Assembly: GCA_052426225.1 (NCBI GenBank)
Contig: JBNJNM010000012.1
Coordinates: 310,001-374,000, forward strand
Direction of reading: 5' to 3'
Length of the DNA: 64,000 bases
From: Zancudomyces culisetae HAW-14-8
Lineage: Eukaryota; Fungi; Kickxellomycota
Position 1 is the first letter of the stretch, and each line of letters opens with the position of its first letter. Below the pieces are notes generated by a model. The model was given only the letters and a program-made list of their open reading frames with translations. It ran no database searches and was not told the DNA's origin. A program made the translations under genes and the position numbers. Of this stretch, positions 13,926 through 25,895 are shown piece by piece.

Positions 13926-16412
13926 TTATTTTCTGAATGTATAATACCGATGGTCGTGCTCGCTGACCTCGAGAAACTTTGAAACTGAGGGCAGAGTGGT
14001 TTTGACAGGGTGACCTATGTTATTAACAGGAGGAACAATATTGGTGTATGGAGATTCGGAGTCAAGACTGATGTAGTTTCTACGCGATTCTGGGATGCTC
14101 GTGCGGTTGCTCTGAGTGCTACTGGGTTGTGTGGGCATATCAGCATCATTCTTGCAGGAGGGAGTAGTGTTTTCAGAGGAAGATCTAAAGCGCGCAACAA
14201 GTCCGCTGTGGGCTGGGTCAATGTATTTTGATTCACCTAAGTGATACCTTTGAGTGCTCTTATCGGAAACAGGCGAAGTGTTGGGGTTTGTGTTACCTCC
14301 TTGGAAATATGTTTGGCGATGGTACGGCTCAGTTTTAGAATTATCTACACCTACACTTTCTGGAATTGTGAGATTATCTTTTTCTTCAGGAATAATTACA
14401 GATGCACAATCTGATTCGGAATCTGAACTGCCCACCTTTTGGACTGTATCGTCTCCAGAATCTGATGAAGTTGTAAGCAAAATGTTGTTCTCGCTTGACT
14501 TGGAAAACGAAATACTCGGAGAACGGCGAGTAGGTGGTTTGCCAGAACGATTTGAAGGAGTAGGAGGAGGACGAGGACGAGGAGGCGTTGTTTCTTTTGT
14601 GTTAGAATTCTTTTGCGAATTTGAAGACAGAATCGAACGAGAAGCAGCGGAGGAATGGTTACCTGACAGAGTTCTAGGCCTTGATCGCATCAGAGGTGCA
14701 GAGTTGGGCAGTTTCGAGGCAATCTCGTCGCTCAATAGATCCTTGGTTACTTGGGCCGGATCCAGGTTTTTGATCGTCAACGGCTTTCTGGGCTTCCTTT
14801 GCGGTTGAGCTTTAGTAGGCGTACTGAATCTGCTGAGTTGTTGCGGTTCTGCTCCACTATTAGACTTCAAATGTTCGGAAGAGCTTTTTTGTGGAAGGCC
14901 AGGAAGCTTTTTAGCATCTGGTGCCTTTTCATCCGCATTTGTCGTCGAGCCTTCTTCCAGATTATCGCCAGCTTTCCGTTGTTTACTGAGTATTTTTCGA
15001 CGAAGAGCCAAAATCACATCCTCTCTCAATACCATCTTTTTTTTAGACGCCACTCCCTCTACTGGCGCCGAAAGTGGGCCACTACTACTACCAGGCCCAT
15101 CAGTACCCGTGTGTGTTCTCTTTAATTTATCTTGTGATGTCTGTATCATTAGTCCTCCTCCATTGCCACCGAACCCCTTTGAAGTGGAAAACGATCCTCG
15201 GTTTCTGCTTTTTGCACCTTGATTTGCCACAGTTGTAGCTGTTCCAGTTGGGTTTTCCCTTTGATCATTACCTGGTTGTGTCGGTCCTTCCTTGTGCTTT
15301 ATTGTGTCTTCATCCTCCTTTGTAACTTCGGCTTCACCAGGTTTCTTTGCTGAGTGAATAATATTCGCTTTGTACCTGTAACCAGCATTCTCATTCATGT
15401 ACCTGCCATCATATCCTTCATAGGGCTCAAATCCCTTGCGCTCTCCCATCCCAATAGGATAATGCCTTTTGTAACCTCCACCACCACCACCACCAGCGCC
15501 ACCAGCGCCACGATCGTACTCATGTCTATATAGTGGGGCACTGTGTAATGGCACACGGTGCGCATAAAACTTATTAACTCTTTCCATCACATTGGTTGGA
15601 TTTTGTGCAAATGGAAAGGGTTTATCATGTTGAAACCGTGATTTCCTATCTATGTCGTTATAAAAACCATCATACTCTTTTGGAAAAAAAATCGGTGGTT
15701 CAATATGTGATGGGGCTGCACGCCCTGGACGCTGAGGAATTGTATGTTCGTACTGCCTTGCTGATATAACCCCTCTGTTTAATGGTCCCATATACTCTTC
15801 AGGTGATATGGAGTCCTCAGCTGATATACTTGGGAATTGTACAATTCCCGAATTGTTTTTCATAGTATGGAGGTGTGGTCTATCCTGCGGATTTATCGCC
15901 TCTCCATGCTCAGCAACCCGTTTAGCCCTAGCTCGGTCTCCAGCATCAGCGTTTGATTCTTTTAGTTCATGGATTATTGGCTTCGGTTTAACCAGACCCT
16001 CCTGTCTCAACACTCTGGGCTCTCCAAATGCCATATAGTTGTCGTAATTGTTCGGATAGCCAAAAGTGTCATATCCTTTGCTATTTTTCACAATTGCGAG
16101 GTCTGCCTTTTTTTGCTCCAGTCTAAGCTCTTCGGCAAGTCGAAGTTCTTTTCCTGCTTTTGCTTTACTCTCTTCGGTCTTTGCAACCAATATCATTTTT
16201 AATAGCTCGGGGTTGTCCTTAAATCTCTCTACTATATCAATAAGATCATCACTGTACCTCTCTTTTGTCTTACTCACTTCAAAGGGTTGAGTTTGCACAG
16301 AATAGTCTTTCTTAGATGTGACCTCTCGATCATTGTTATGTCCTCCTCCTACTGATACCTTGTTGCTGTTTTCGTTTTCAGGCTCGCCATCTCTCTTTGC
16401 AACTTTATTCAT
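13926..16412 (-). CDS. Uncharacterised, largely disordered protein with two short helical motifs
   Basis: Uninterrupted ORF of about 828 codons. First ATG is at 16412; the ORF-track start at 16433 is a TTG. Ser/Pro/Gly-rich, with ordered-looking segments NPELLKMILVAKTEE and LREDVILALRRKI. Confidence 0.8.
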   Translation of the reverse strand: MNKVAKRDGEPENENSNKVSVGGGHNNDREVTSKKDYSVQTQPFEVSKTKERYSDDLIDIVERFKDNPELLKMILVAKTEESKAKAGKELRLAEELRLEQKKADLAIVKNSKGYDTFGYPNNYDNYMAFGEPRVLRQEGLVKPKPIIHELKESNADAGDRARAKRVAEHGEAINPQDRPHLHTMKNNSGIVQFPSISAEDSISPEEYMGPLNRGVISARQYEHTIPQRPGRAAPSHIEPPIFFPKEYDGFYNDIDRKSRFQHDKPFPFAQNPTNVMERVNKFYAHRVPLHSAPLYRHEYDRGAGGAGGGGGGGYKRHYPIGMGERKGFEPYEGYDGRYMNENAGYRYKANIIHSAKKPGEAEVTKEDEDTIKHKEGPTQPGNDQRENPTGTATTVANQGAKSRNRGSFSTSKGFGGNGGGLMIQTSQDKLKRTHTGTDGPGSSSGPLSAPVEGVASKKKMVLREDVILALRRKILSKQRKAGDNLEEGSTTNADEKAPDAKKLPGLPQKSSSEHLKSNSGAEPQQLSRFSTPTKAQPQRKPRKPLTIKNLDPAQVTKDLLSDEIASKLPNSAPLMRSRPRTLSGNHSSAASRSILSSNSQKNSNTKETTPPRPRPPPTPSNRSGKPPTRRSPSISFSKSSENNILLTTSSDSGDDTVQKVGSSDSESDCASVIIPEEKDNLTIPESVGVDNSKTEPYHRQTYFQGGNTNPNTSPVSDKSTQRYHLGESKYIDPAHSGLVARFRSSSENTTPSCKNDADMPTQPSSTQSNRTSIPESRRNYISLDSESPYTNIVPPVNNIGHPVKTTLPSVSKFLEVSEHDHRYYTFRK

Positions 16413-18274
16413 TTTTCGAATATGCTTTTTCAATTGGTGGGAGGGAAAAAAAAAAGAAAGAAAAGGCCTTTTGGGTTTTAATAGTTTAAGTTTGTAAGGT
16501 CTTGTATTGGTTGTGTCCTTCCCCTTTTCCTTTTTTACTCCAAGTACTGTCTTTTAGTTAATATTCAAATCTCGATTAACAAGTAAAAATACCTAAATAA
16601 TTCCTTTTTTAAATGTTTTTATAGAGAATAATAGATATAATAATGCTTATCCATAATAAAAATATAGTTTAGCAATGTCAAAAGGCTTTTTTTTTTAATT
16701 ACAAGTAATTAGTATACGAAATTTACCGAAAATATCATTTACTTTTCAAATATAGGTCACCTTTACTCGCCTATATTCAGATGGTTATAATTAGGGAAAT
16801 AGTGAATATTATTTTTTTCTTTTTTTGGTGTTTACTATAAAGTTGGTCGTGAAATTGCAGTGATTGAAATCGAGGATTTTTTGTTCTATTTCGATTTGAG
16901 TTTTGTTCATTCTGGTAATCAAACCAACTACGGTGTACACCAGGGCTCAAATCAGATTCCCTATTTTCTTTTACTTGAGGTTCTATATTTTTTTTTAATG
17001 TCTTTTTTTAATTTTAGGAATCAATTTTTTGTCACAGAAAAGTTAGTATTATATTTGGTTTTTCAGTGTAAACAAATAATATTACTTGCAAATAATCTAA
17101 AAGGTGTGCATTTACAAATCAGGCACCGTTTCCAATTTATATGCAAAAAAATTTTATACCCAATTGTGAGATAATTAGTTATGCTATAATTACAATTTTA
17201 TTATGGCAGATTTGTACTAATTATGAGGAGTAAAAATAGATTTCCATTTTTAATCATTTTTTCAGTAATCATACAACTTTATGTAATGCTCAATGCCGCG
17301 TGGTCCAACTATATATCAAAGTTCTTTTCAAAACATCCCCTGGTCCATCTTTATTCATAACTTTATTATTAAAAGAGATATCTATAAATACCACTGCATT
17401 GCGTTATCAATATCACGTCCCGCTCCATACAAAATAAAGCAGCCTGACTTGAGATGACCAAGCTTTCGTTATACGCTTTACAATCAGTTTAAATACTCTT
17501 GTTCGCGAAACAACATCGATTTTAAACTCTTTACCATATAATTTTGTAATGGTTGTAATCAACCTCCTCTTGCTTTGATTTGTTCGGTTTTTATTTTATT
17601 TCATTTTATTTTATTTCATTTTTTCTTTTTGAGTCAGTATTATCTGCCTCGGAGGTACATCACTTGAAGTCATTCCAACAATATTTCTGTAGAAAATGTA
17701 TATATATAGTGTGTACATATTTGTTATTTGTAAGTCGAATTCCATGTTATATTATTTTTAGAGATGTTGTGGTGATAATGATGTTTTCTAGACATAGTAA
17801 TGTTTGTACCAGCTAAACAAGGCCACGTTCCAGAATCATTTTTTTCTTTCTTTTTAATATTTCCAGTCTTTTTTCTTCCAAAAAAAAAAATACACAATGC
17901 TGTGCACTGATTAGACCCAGAGCCTTGCCATCCCCTTCACAACTTTGCTTTACGAATCATGTATGACCTTTTTAAGCATTATAATTTCTTTGTTTTCTCA
18001 ATAGTTGCTCCCCCCCTTCCCTTCCCCCACTTTAGCACCCTTTCAGTTAAGCAACTGAGTACAAGTAGAGGATTGAAAACAGGTCTCAAAATCCCAAAAG
18101 CTTAAATAAAAAAAAAGACATTCCATATCAATTTTATTCCAATAGGAAGATACATTATATTCGTGAAACATGAAAAAAAAATAAACGCAAAAAATAAACT
18201 ATTAAGGTGGTTCTGCCACTCAGTGCATGACATATAAAGATAATTACTAAAAGTCATTTTCCACCAAAGTAATA

Positions 18275-21046
18275 TCAGAATCCGGCGAATAGAATTGTGG
18301 CATACCCAACTGTTACAATAACAAAGAACGCCACAACAGAAGCTGGAATGCCGGCCTTAAAAAAGTCCTTGACTGTCAAATATGGAGTTCCGGTTTGGTC
18401 CTCAATCATAATCGCATTCATATTGGGAAAACCACTTACAGGCAAACCCATCGCTCCAGAACACATCAAAGCAGAAGACATTACAAGCATGCGCGATTGG
18501 TTTCCAGGTAATGTCAACCCAATTTCGTGGAAAATGGGCAGAATGATCAATGCACCAACAGTATGTGAAATAAATGTGCAGGAAACAAGTACCATGAGGC
18601 AGAAATAAAACATGACCATATATGTAGACAATCCGTTTACCGAAGAAGCAATTCCTGTGGATATTTTATGTAGCAATCCACTTGACATTACTGCTTTTCC
18701 AAGGGCAGACCCGCCCATAGCCAAAACAACCACAGTCCACAAAAAGTTGTTAAAGTCCTCTTTAGATAGAACGGATGGCGATCCAAACAAAAATATTATA
18801 GGAAGAATGGCAAGTACACCCATATCCCCAAAGAGCCAAGAAATTTGAGAGGAAAGACACCAGAGTGTTATTGTAGCCACGCTCACAACTATAACGTATA
18901 TTTGAGTATTGTTTAGCTTTTCTGGAACAAATCTGGTTTTGTTTAGTTTATATGGAACAGTTGATGGCTTATAGACAAGCAGCAGGAGCAACCAAACTCC
19001 AAGATTTGATATTATACAAACTGGGATAGACACAATAAACCACTGCAGCCAAGATGGTGCTGGGTCCATAATTCCAATTGCAATAATATTTTGAGGAGAC
19101 GCGATCGGGGATGCCATCCCACCAACATTGGAAGCCAGAGCAATACCGATTATCAGGCACGGTGCGAGAGGGTGTCCAGGTGGAAGAGTGCGTAGGATTG
19201 GCTGAATCAAAGAAAAGCACAAGACAGGCGATGCTACATTACTGATCCACATACTCAAAAACGTCGAAACAAACATGTTTGCCAATAGAACGGACGCTGG
19301 GTTGTTATCCACCTTGGAAAGGACCCACGATGCGGCCATCTTGGCAAGATTATGCTTGCTTAGCGCTGCTGCAATAGTAAATCCGCCCAAAAGTAGCATT
19401 ATAACAGAGCTGAACATGGATGAAAAAATCATTTTTGCTGCTTCAACTGTACCATATGGTTCCTGGGTATCTGGATTCAGTAGAACCTGTAAAGCCACAA
19501 CCAGCAATGGAACAGTCAACGCAGTTACATGTAGTGGAATTGCCTATACCGATATCATATATCTGGGTAAATACACATACGTTATAATAATAATATTGCC
19601 ATCAGCATAGGAAAATGATCTAGCTGAACAAGATAAAGTATACTCAACCACCAAGCTACTTACCTCAGTGGCCCACATTAGCGACACGAATACCAATAAC
19701 GCCCAGCATCTTCTTGTAGGATTGTCGGTGAATGGACTAAATATCATGAAAAAGATAAAAACAGCAACACAGAGCGCAATGGTAAACAGACGCACAGTGT
19801 TTTTAGACCATTCCTCTTTTTTCATTTTTTCCAGTGTTGAGCTGGCTGCAACCATTTCAACAGCACCCACTTTCCTTTCCATCTGAATCATGTCTCTCCA
19901 AATAGTATTTCTGTCCCAAACCACTTGGTCCCTGACAAATGTTTTTAAATCAGTTATGGCGTCTTTCAATGTTTTGTGCCCAACAATGTCTGAGTATATC
20001 AAGACAACATCGTCCCTTAAATCATTTGTTTTAGTTTTAGCCTCATTGCTAAACATATATGATTTTTGGAGCACAAGTTCCTCATAAACTAGCTTCAACT
20101 TGCATCCTATTACTTTGTCAAACTTTTTCAGTATCTTTTTAAATCCAGTAAAATTCAACTGAATATACATCTGTAGGTCGGAAATGGATATATACATTTC
20201 TCTTGCTTTTGTGGTAAGCGATCTCTTGGTGGATTGTGCCTCTCTAATATCCTCTTTAGTTTTTAAATCTGAAAGTTCATCTTGTGTTCTTTCACCACCA
20301 CTAAAAGAGCCCAACATATGAGCATCGCTTCTACGGCTGAAAAAAGAACTCTTTCTCATCATTTTGGAAAAGCTCTTTCTTGTGCTCTCCGCTTCAGAAT
20401 CCGAATCCGAATCTTCGTCGAGTAGATCAGCATCCGTTCGTGCCGACTGCGATGGTCGTGCCACATTTTGTTCATCAATCCACAAACCTGCTACAGAATT
20501 CCTTCTCGCAAAGCTAGCCGCATCAGTTTCAACCCTACCTTTCAACTTGTCCAAGATATCTTCATATTTTTGTAAAAAGTTCTCATAATCCACATTTAAC
20601 TTGTGGGTTTTGACGGATAGTTCGCCCTCCTTTTTTCTGTAAAAGTCTTCTATCTTGAGCATTTCTTTATTCAGTTCAATTACAAATTTTCTCACCGCGA
20701 TTCTCTGAGCAGGAGACACATCAGGAAGCTCAGATAATATCAAGGAGAAATTGTTCTCCAGCCCCTCCTCGGTTGGTGATAGTGGTTCGTAATCCTGTGC
20801 AGCACTATCATACACTCCAGAAACCAAGTCTTTTTCAATGTTATATAGTACCTTTTTGAGGTACGAGTACCTATTTTGTTTGTGTAGAAATTTATTAAAT
20901 ATTTTTTGTCATTCCCACGTTCCGATTCCTCAACAGCAATACTGCTGATATAAAATATAAGGTATAAAATCTTCTTGCACTTACGCAATGTAGTACTCAG
21001 CCCATTCTGGGACAGAATTGAATTGAAGAGCACTCGAAAATTTCAT
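18275..21046 (-). CDS. SPX-domain low-affinity phosphate transporter (Pho87/Pho90/Pho91 family, SLC13/DASS type)
   Basis: Exons 21046-20985, 20870-19664, 19543-18275. SPX motifs MKFSSALQFNSVPEWAEYYIAYSYLKK and LNFTGFKKILKKFDK. Transporter motifs WATEAIPL, SMWISNVA, SPIASPQN and LPVSGFPNM. Confidence 0.93.
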
Positions 21047-22895
21047 TGTACTTTCGCGGATCTATAAGCTTTCAACGTGATTATATTCTGCTTTTGTTAT
21101 CGAGTTGCTGCTTTATATTAAAAAGTCTCAAAGGCATACGATCTTATTTTCTTTTTAATTGAAAAGTAGATGAGAAAAAACAACAAAAATAAAGCGGATT
21201 AATCTTAGTAGATTGGTGTATGGTATCCGAAATAGATTCTTAGTTACAGGGAATATGTGAATATCTAGTATCTAGTGCCTGCTTGTTATGCATCAGTCCA
21301 TTAGTATAGCATATTTGTTAGTTCTTTCAACCCGAGATATTTGGCATGTTCTATTTTAATCTGGCTTTTGAAAAACCTAAATTAAATTTCATTAAAAGAA
21401 AACGGATTTTAAAACGTGGGTTGGGAGAAAGAAAATATAAAATCCCTGGGTTTAAAAACCAATGGCTGACTCGACAGAAAACTGGACAATGGGAGCTAGA
21501 TATGTAACCCCTTGTCCATTGGCCATACCCCCAACCCAACATAGTTACACCACTTAAAAGCTGATTACAAATATTTACTCAGCTAAAGACCTATTTTCCA
21601 CTGCTTAAATTACAATACAATTTTGGCTAGTGCTTCAGCAATTATTATTGGCCATCTTGGCTGGCTTTTGGTTGAAAATATTCAGAAAAAAAAATACAGA
21701 GTAGTGTTTGTACTTGTTTTCCCTGTACACTTTGTAACTTTGCAGGGAGGTCTTTTTTTATGGTGCTTGGTTAGGACAATAAACTTTTAGTAGTAGTAGT
21801 CAGCAACCTATAATAATGCAAAAATACCACTGGGAAAATTCAAAAATTATATTAATTTCACTGGCACAAGTTCAGAATAATTGAAATATTTCTGCCTTAA
21901 CATCAGTGTTGTCTATTTACCTTTCAATCAAAGTAATTATGTTCTTGAGAGTTTTTAACAACTGTACTGGAATGAAAATTCAGTTGCATTTTCTAGTTGA
22001 TACAAATATAAAAATGGACCAACCCGACCCTACTAGCCAATATGACCGGGTATCCTGTTCACAATCAGAGATAACAATAGAGCAAGGTGTTTTTTTTTAC
22101 TCGTATAATCGATATACTATCTTTTTCTTAAAAGCTAAACAACAAATACTATGACTGTAAGTCTACTACCACAATCAGTGAAAATATCAGATTGAAAATT
22201 GTTCGGAAAAAAACAATGTGTGGTGTGATACTAACATAAGCTGTTAGCACGTCATTTCTTTGCCTCGAACATTTCTCAGTTCAAAGCCTAACAACTTTTA
22301 ACAAGTATTCCGTGATTATTCTCATAATACACGGCCTCTTTATCAAGTTAAGCTTATGATGCGTAAACTATTGCAAAAACTATTCAAACCATCACCTAGA
22401 AAAGTCAATCACGTATCGTTTTTTTTTTGACATCAAATAAGGATCCTTGTAGTATATCCATGGATTGATTTCTGAAATCAATGGCATGTAAAGTGTCGAG
22501 TTTATGCAATATATTGCATTAGAGATACAAATAGCTAGACTTACATGAGAAGTAGTTAATTCGGTTTCATTTCCTATTTTAGCAGAAATATGTCAAGTGG
22601 ATATTTCCGATTTTCAACACAATCGGCTATCGATGTGTTTGATCAACTCTGGCTCAATTACCACTCATTAATCGTACAAATCAGGTAAAGCACCAACTCT
22701 GATTTCTAGCATGCGATTGGCTAACTGTTATCAACAATAGACGAATTTTTTTTAAGGGTTTGTAGAGAATATCAGTTATATTACTCTTTGTGATTAAGAA
22801 GTGTATGGCTTTACTGTTAATTTATACACAGCAATTCAAACCTCACGACAAACTAAAGCTAGAATAACCCTATAGGTTCTCGAGTATTTAAGAAA

Positions 22896-25510
22896 ATGCC
22901 TTCAGGTAAGTTAGTAATCTTTTAATTTAATTTAATTTTTCTCTACAGTAATTCGAAATCCTAGCTAGATCAAAAACTTAAAAATTCATCATATGTATAA
23001 CATCAACCCAAAAATGTGTACCCATAAAATAAAATATAAACATGTGAATTGAATTGAATTCAATACATTTTAGGTTTCGGTAGAAGCAAATCGAAAGAGG
23101 GTGGCGAAGTGAGAAACAGACAAAAAAACAAAATAGAAAATCGGTTAAAATCAAAAGCAGGTACATTTCAAATTACATTTGTGAAACGCACTGTCCTTTC
23201 TCTTTTGTTGTTGGTATTTGTATCTTTTTTTGAGACAAAAACATCTGTAATATATACTATTAGAAAAAAAGCTGAGCAGTGTCATAGAAAGCCTTTCAAA
23301 CTCAAAACAGGCAATAACAGTAAGAGCAAGAAATATCCAAAAAACCAAATGGATATCATTTGGCATAATTTTGGGAATATTAATTAGTGCATACTTTGCC
23401 TATTTTAATCAGGATGTGGATTCGAAATTTAAAGATTTGCAGAACAAGTTTAAGTATCTTTCTGGAGAAAAATGGGAGTTTATGCAAAAATTGCCCTCAG
23501 AATATTTTTCAGAAGAAAACATTACAAAAATTTACAAGCTACTAAAGTCAGATGAAAAAGATACACCCAAGGTAACCGAAGAAACGTTCGAGCCTGCGAA
23601 AAGCATGATGCGCGATAACAAACTGAAGCCTAAACATCCAGTTGTGCTAATCCCTGGTGTTATAACGTCTGGTTTAGAGAATTGGAGCACAACAGGAGGT
23701 TTTCAGGCCTACTTTAGAAAGCGAATATGGGGAACTTTCAGTAAGACAATTCTTATAACCTGAATTTACTATTTTATCCAGACCAAGCCTATTCTCCGAA
23801 AAAAGGAATAGTCTAATACGTTTTACTTGTTAAATAGCAATGGTACAGGCATTATTATCTGATAAAAAATGTTGGTTAAAGCACATGTCTTTGGACCCAA
23901 GAACTGGAATGGACCCCCCAGGTATTAGACTGCGTGTTGCCAAGGGACTCGAAGCAGCGGATTATTTTATGACAGGATACTGGTTATGGTCAAAAATTAT
24001 TGAAAACTTTTCGACCGTTGGCTATGACAATTTTAATATGTTCATGGCCTCGTATGACTGGAGATTGAAAATGGATTCTCTACAAGCACGCGATAAATAT
24101 TTTTCCGAGATGAAGCATCGCATAGAAATGAATAAAAGTGTCCTGGGAGAAAAGACCGTCTTGATATCTCACTCAATGGGTAACTTGCATTAATCTTTAA
24201 GTAAAAAAAGTATATTTATGAAAACCCACCTCATTCCATTGCGAATAGTAGTCTTAAAGTTGATTGCATTTTTTAAATAGGTGGTTTGGTAGCAATGTAT
24301 TTCCTGAATTGGGTCAGATCCCCCGCACACGGAAATGGTGGTGAAAATTGGGTCAACGACCATATAGAATCATGGGCAAATTTGGCTGGACCCCTCCTAG
24401 GAACACCAAAGGCATTTTCAAGCTTATTCTCAGGGGAACAAAAAGAATCTGTACAACCAATTGTTAGCTATTTGCTTGAAAACTATATGAGTAGAGCAGA
24501 GCGCGCGAAGCTGTTTCGCAATTGGGGATCATTTTCAGCAATGCTGCCCAAGGGCGGTGTGAAGGTATGGGGTGGAGTAGATAGTGCTCCTGATGATATT
24601 TCTGCCATTAATATCGATATTTCTGCTAAGAAAGAGCAGGAAGCTGGAAAAGGACGGGTATCTACTGTGAATACATCTTCTGTGGGTTCATTTGGAAGAT
24701 TTCTAAATATTTATGGAGAGACCGGCGAGGGTGAGTTGGGTGATACCCGTTTTCTAGATGTCGAACAATCACTGAACATGTTGCTGGAAATGCTTGATCC
24801 AGTCACAAGAAAAAACGTTTTAGAAAGCAATAACTTTGGAGCATTTAATCAAACTTCGGAATTTGAAAAACACAAGTATGACTCAAGCACATGGATAAAC
24901 CCACTTACTCACCAACTACCCAACGCAAAAAACATGACCATTTATAATTTTTATGGAGTTGGTATACCTGCCGAAAGAGGGTATCATTACAAACTCAACC
25001 CAAAATTTGATGAACAACAAAATTATCTCGAAGATGGGTCAGATGTTGATGTTATGAAATATGTGGTCAACAATAATAAAAACACACAAGGAGTGATAGA
25101 ATCGGGCATTACATATTCGGATGGGTAAGTCCTGTTTTTGTACTTGTTTTAGAGAAATAATACCACTAGAATTTTAAGCTCGGATTTTGATGCAGCAAAA
25201 TTTATATATTTCAAATAGAGATGGAACGGTATCACTTCTATCACTAGGTTTGATGGGAGCGAAAGGTTGGAAAAGTAAAAAATATAACCCCCACGGAGTT
25301 AAAGTGGTCGTTCGAGAGCTTCCTTCCAAACCTGTCTCTTTCATAAAAGGACTTGGGATAGGGGGAGGTGCAGAGCTTGTCGACCACCTTGGCATGCTTG
25401 GGAATTATGAGCTATTGACAGATTTGATAAATATCGTAACAGGAAACAAAACGGTTTCAGAAAAGATTTATTCCAATATTACCACAATGGTCGAACGGAT
25501 CGACCTATAG
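22896..25510 (+). CDS. LRO1: Phospholipid:diacylglycerol acyltransferase (LCAT/PDAT family)
   Basis: 10-nt first exon ATGCCTTCAG (22896-22905), then 23074-23160, 23264 to about 23740, and further exons to 25510. Single N-terminal TM helix; motifs HPVVLIPGVITSGLENWS, YDWRL, lipase motif HSMG|G split by an intron, CFYG-like NFYGVGIPAERGY, and DGTVSLLSLG. Confidence 0.93.
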
Positions 25511-25895
25511 ATTCGTTAATTGATGTTTAAACTTTTTTTTTGCGTGGAATAGTAATCTATATGAGATTTGTTTTGTAACGAAGTGGTATTTTGGATGATG
25601 TTGTTTATTTTTGGCTAGAGAACGTAGTCCAGAATAATTTAGCTTTCATTGATACCAACAATTTTTATGCGGTCCAAAATGAAGTTTTATCAATGTATAC
25701 TCAATAAGTCTATTAAAAAACGCTCACAAGGCTAAATACTAAATTAACCAGACCATCAAATAAAATGGAACAAAAAGCATAATCCTGACACATAATCTGA
25801 CCACAATGTGATTTTGGGGTTAATAGATCTCGAGTTTGATCTGAGAAGAGAATACAAGTTTACCAGTTGTATAGTACTGTTGTAATGTACATATT

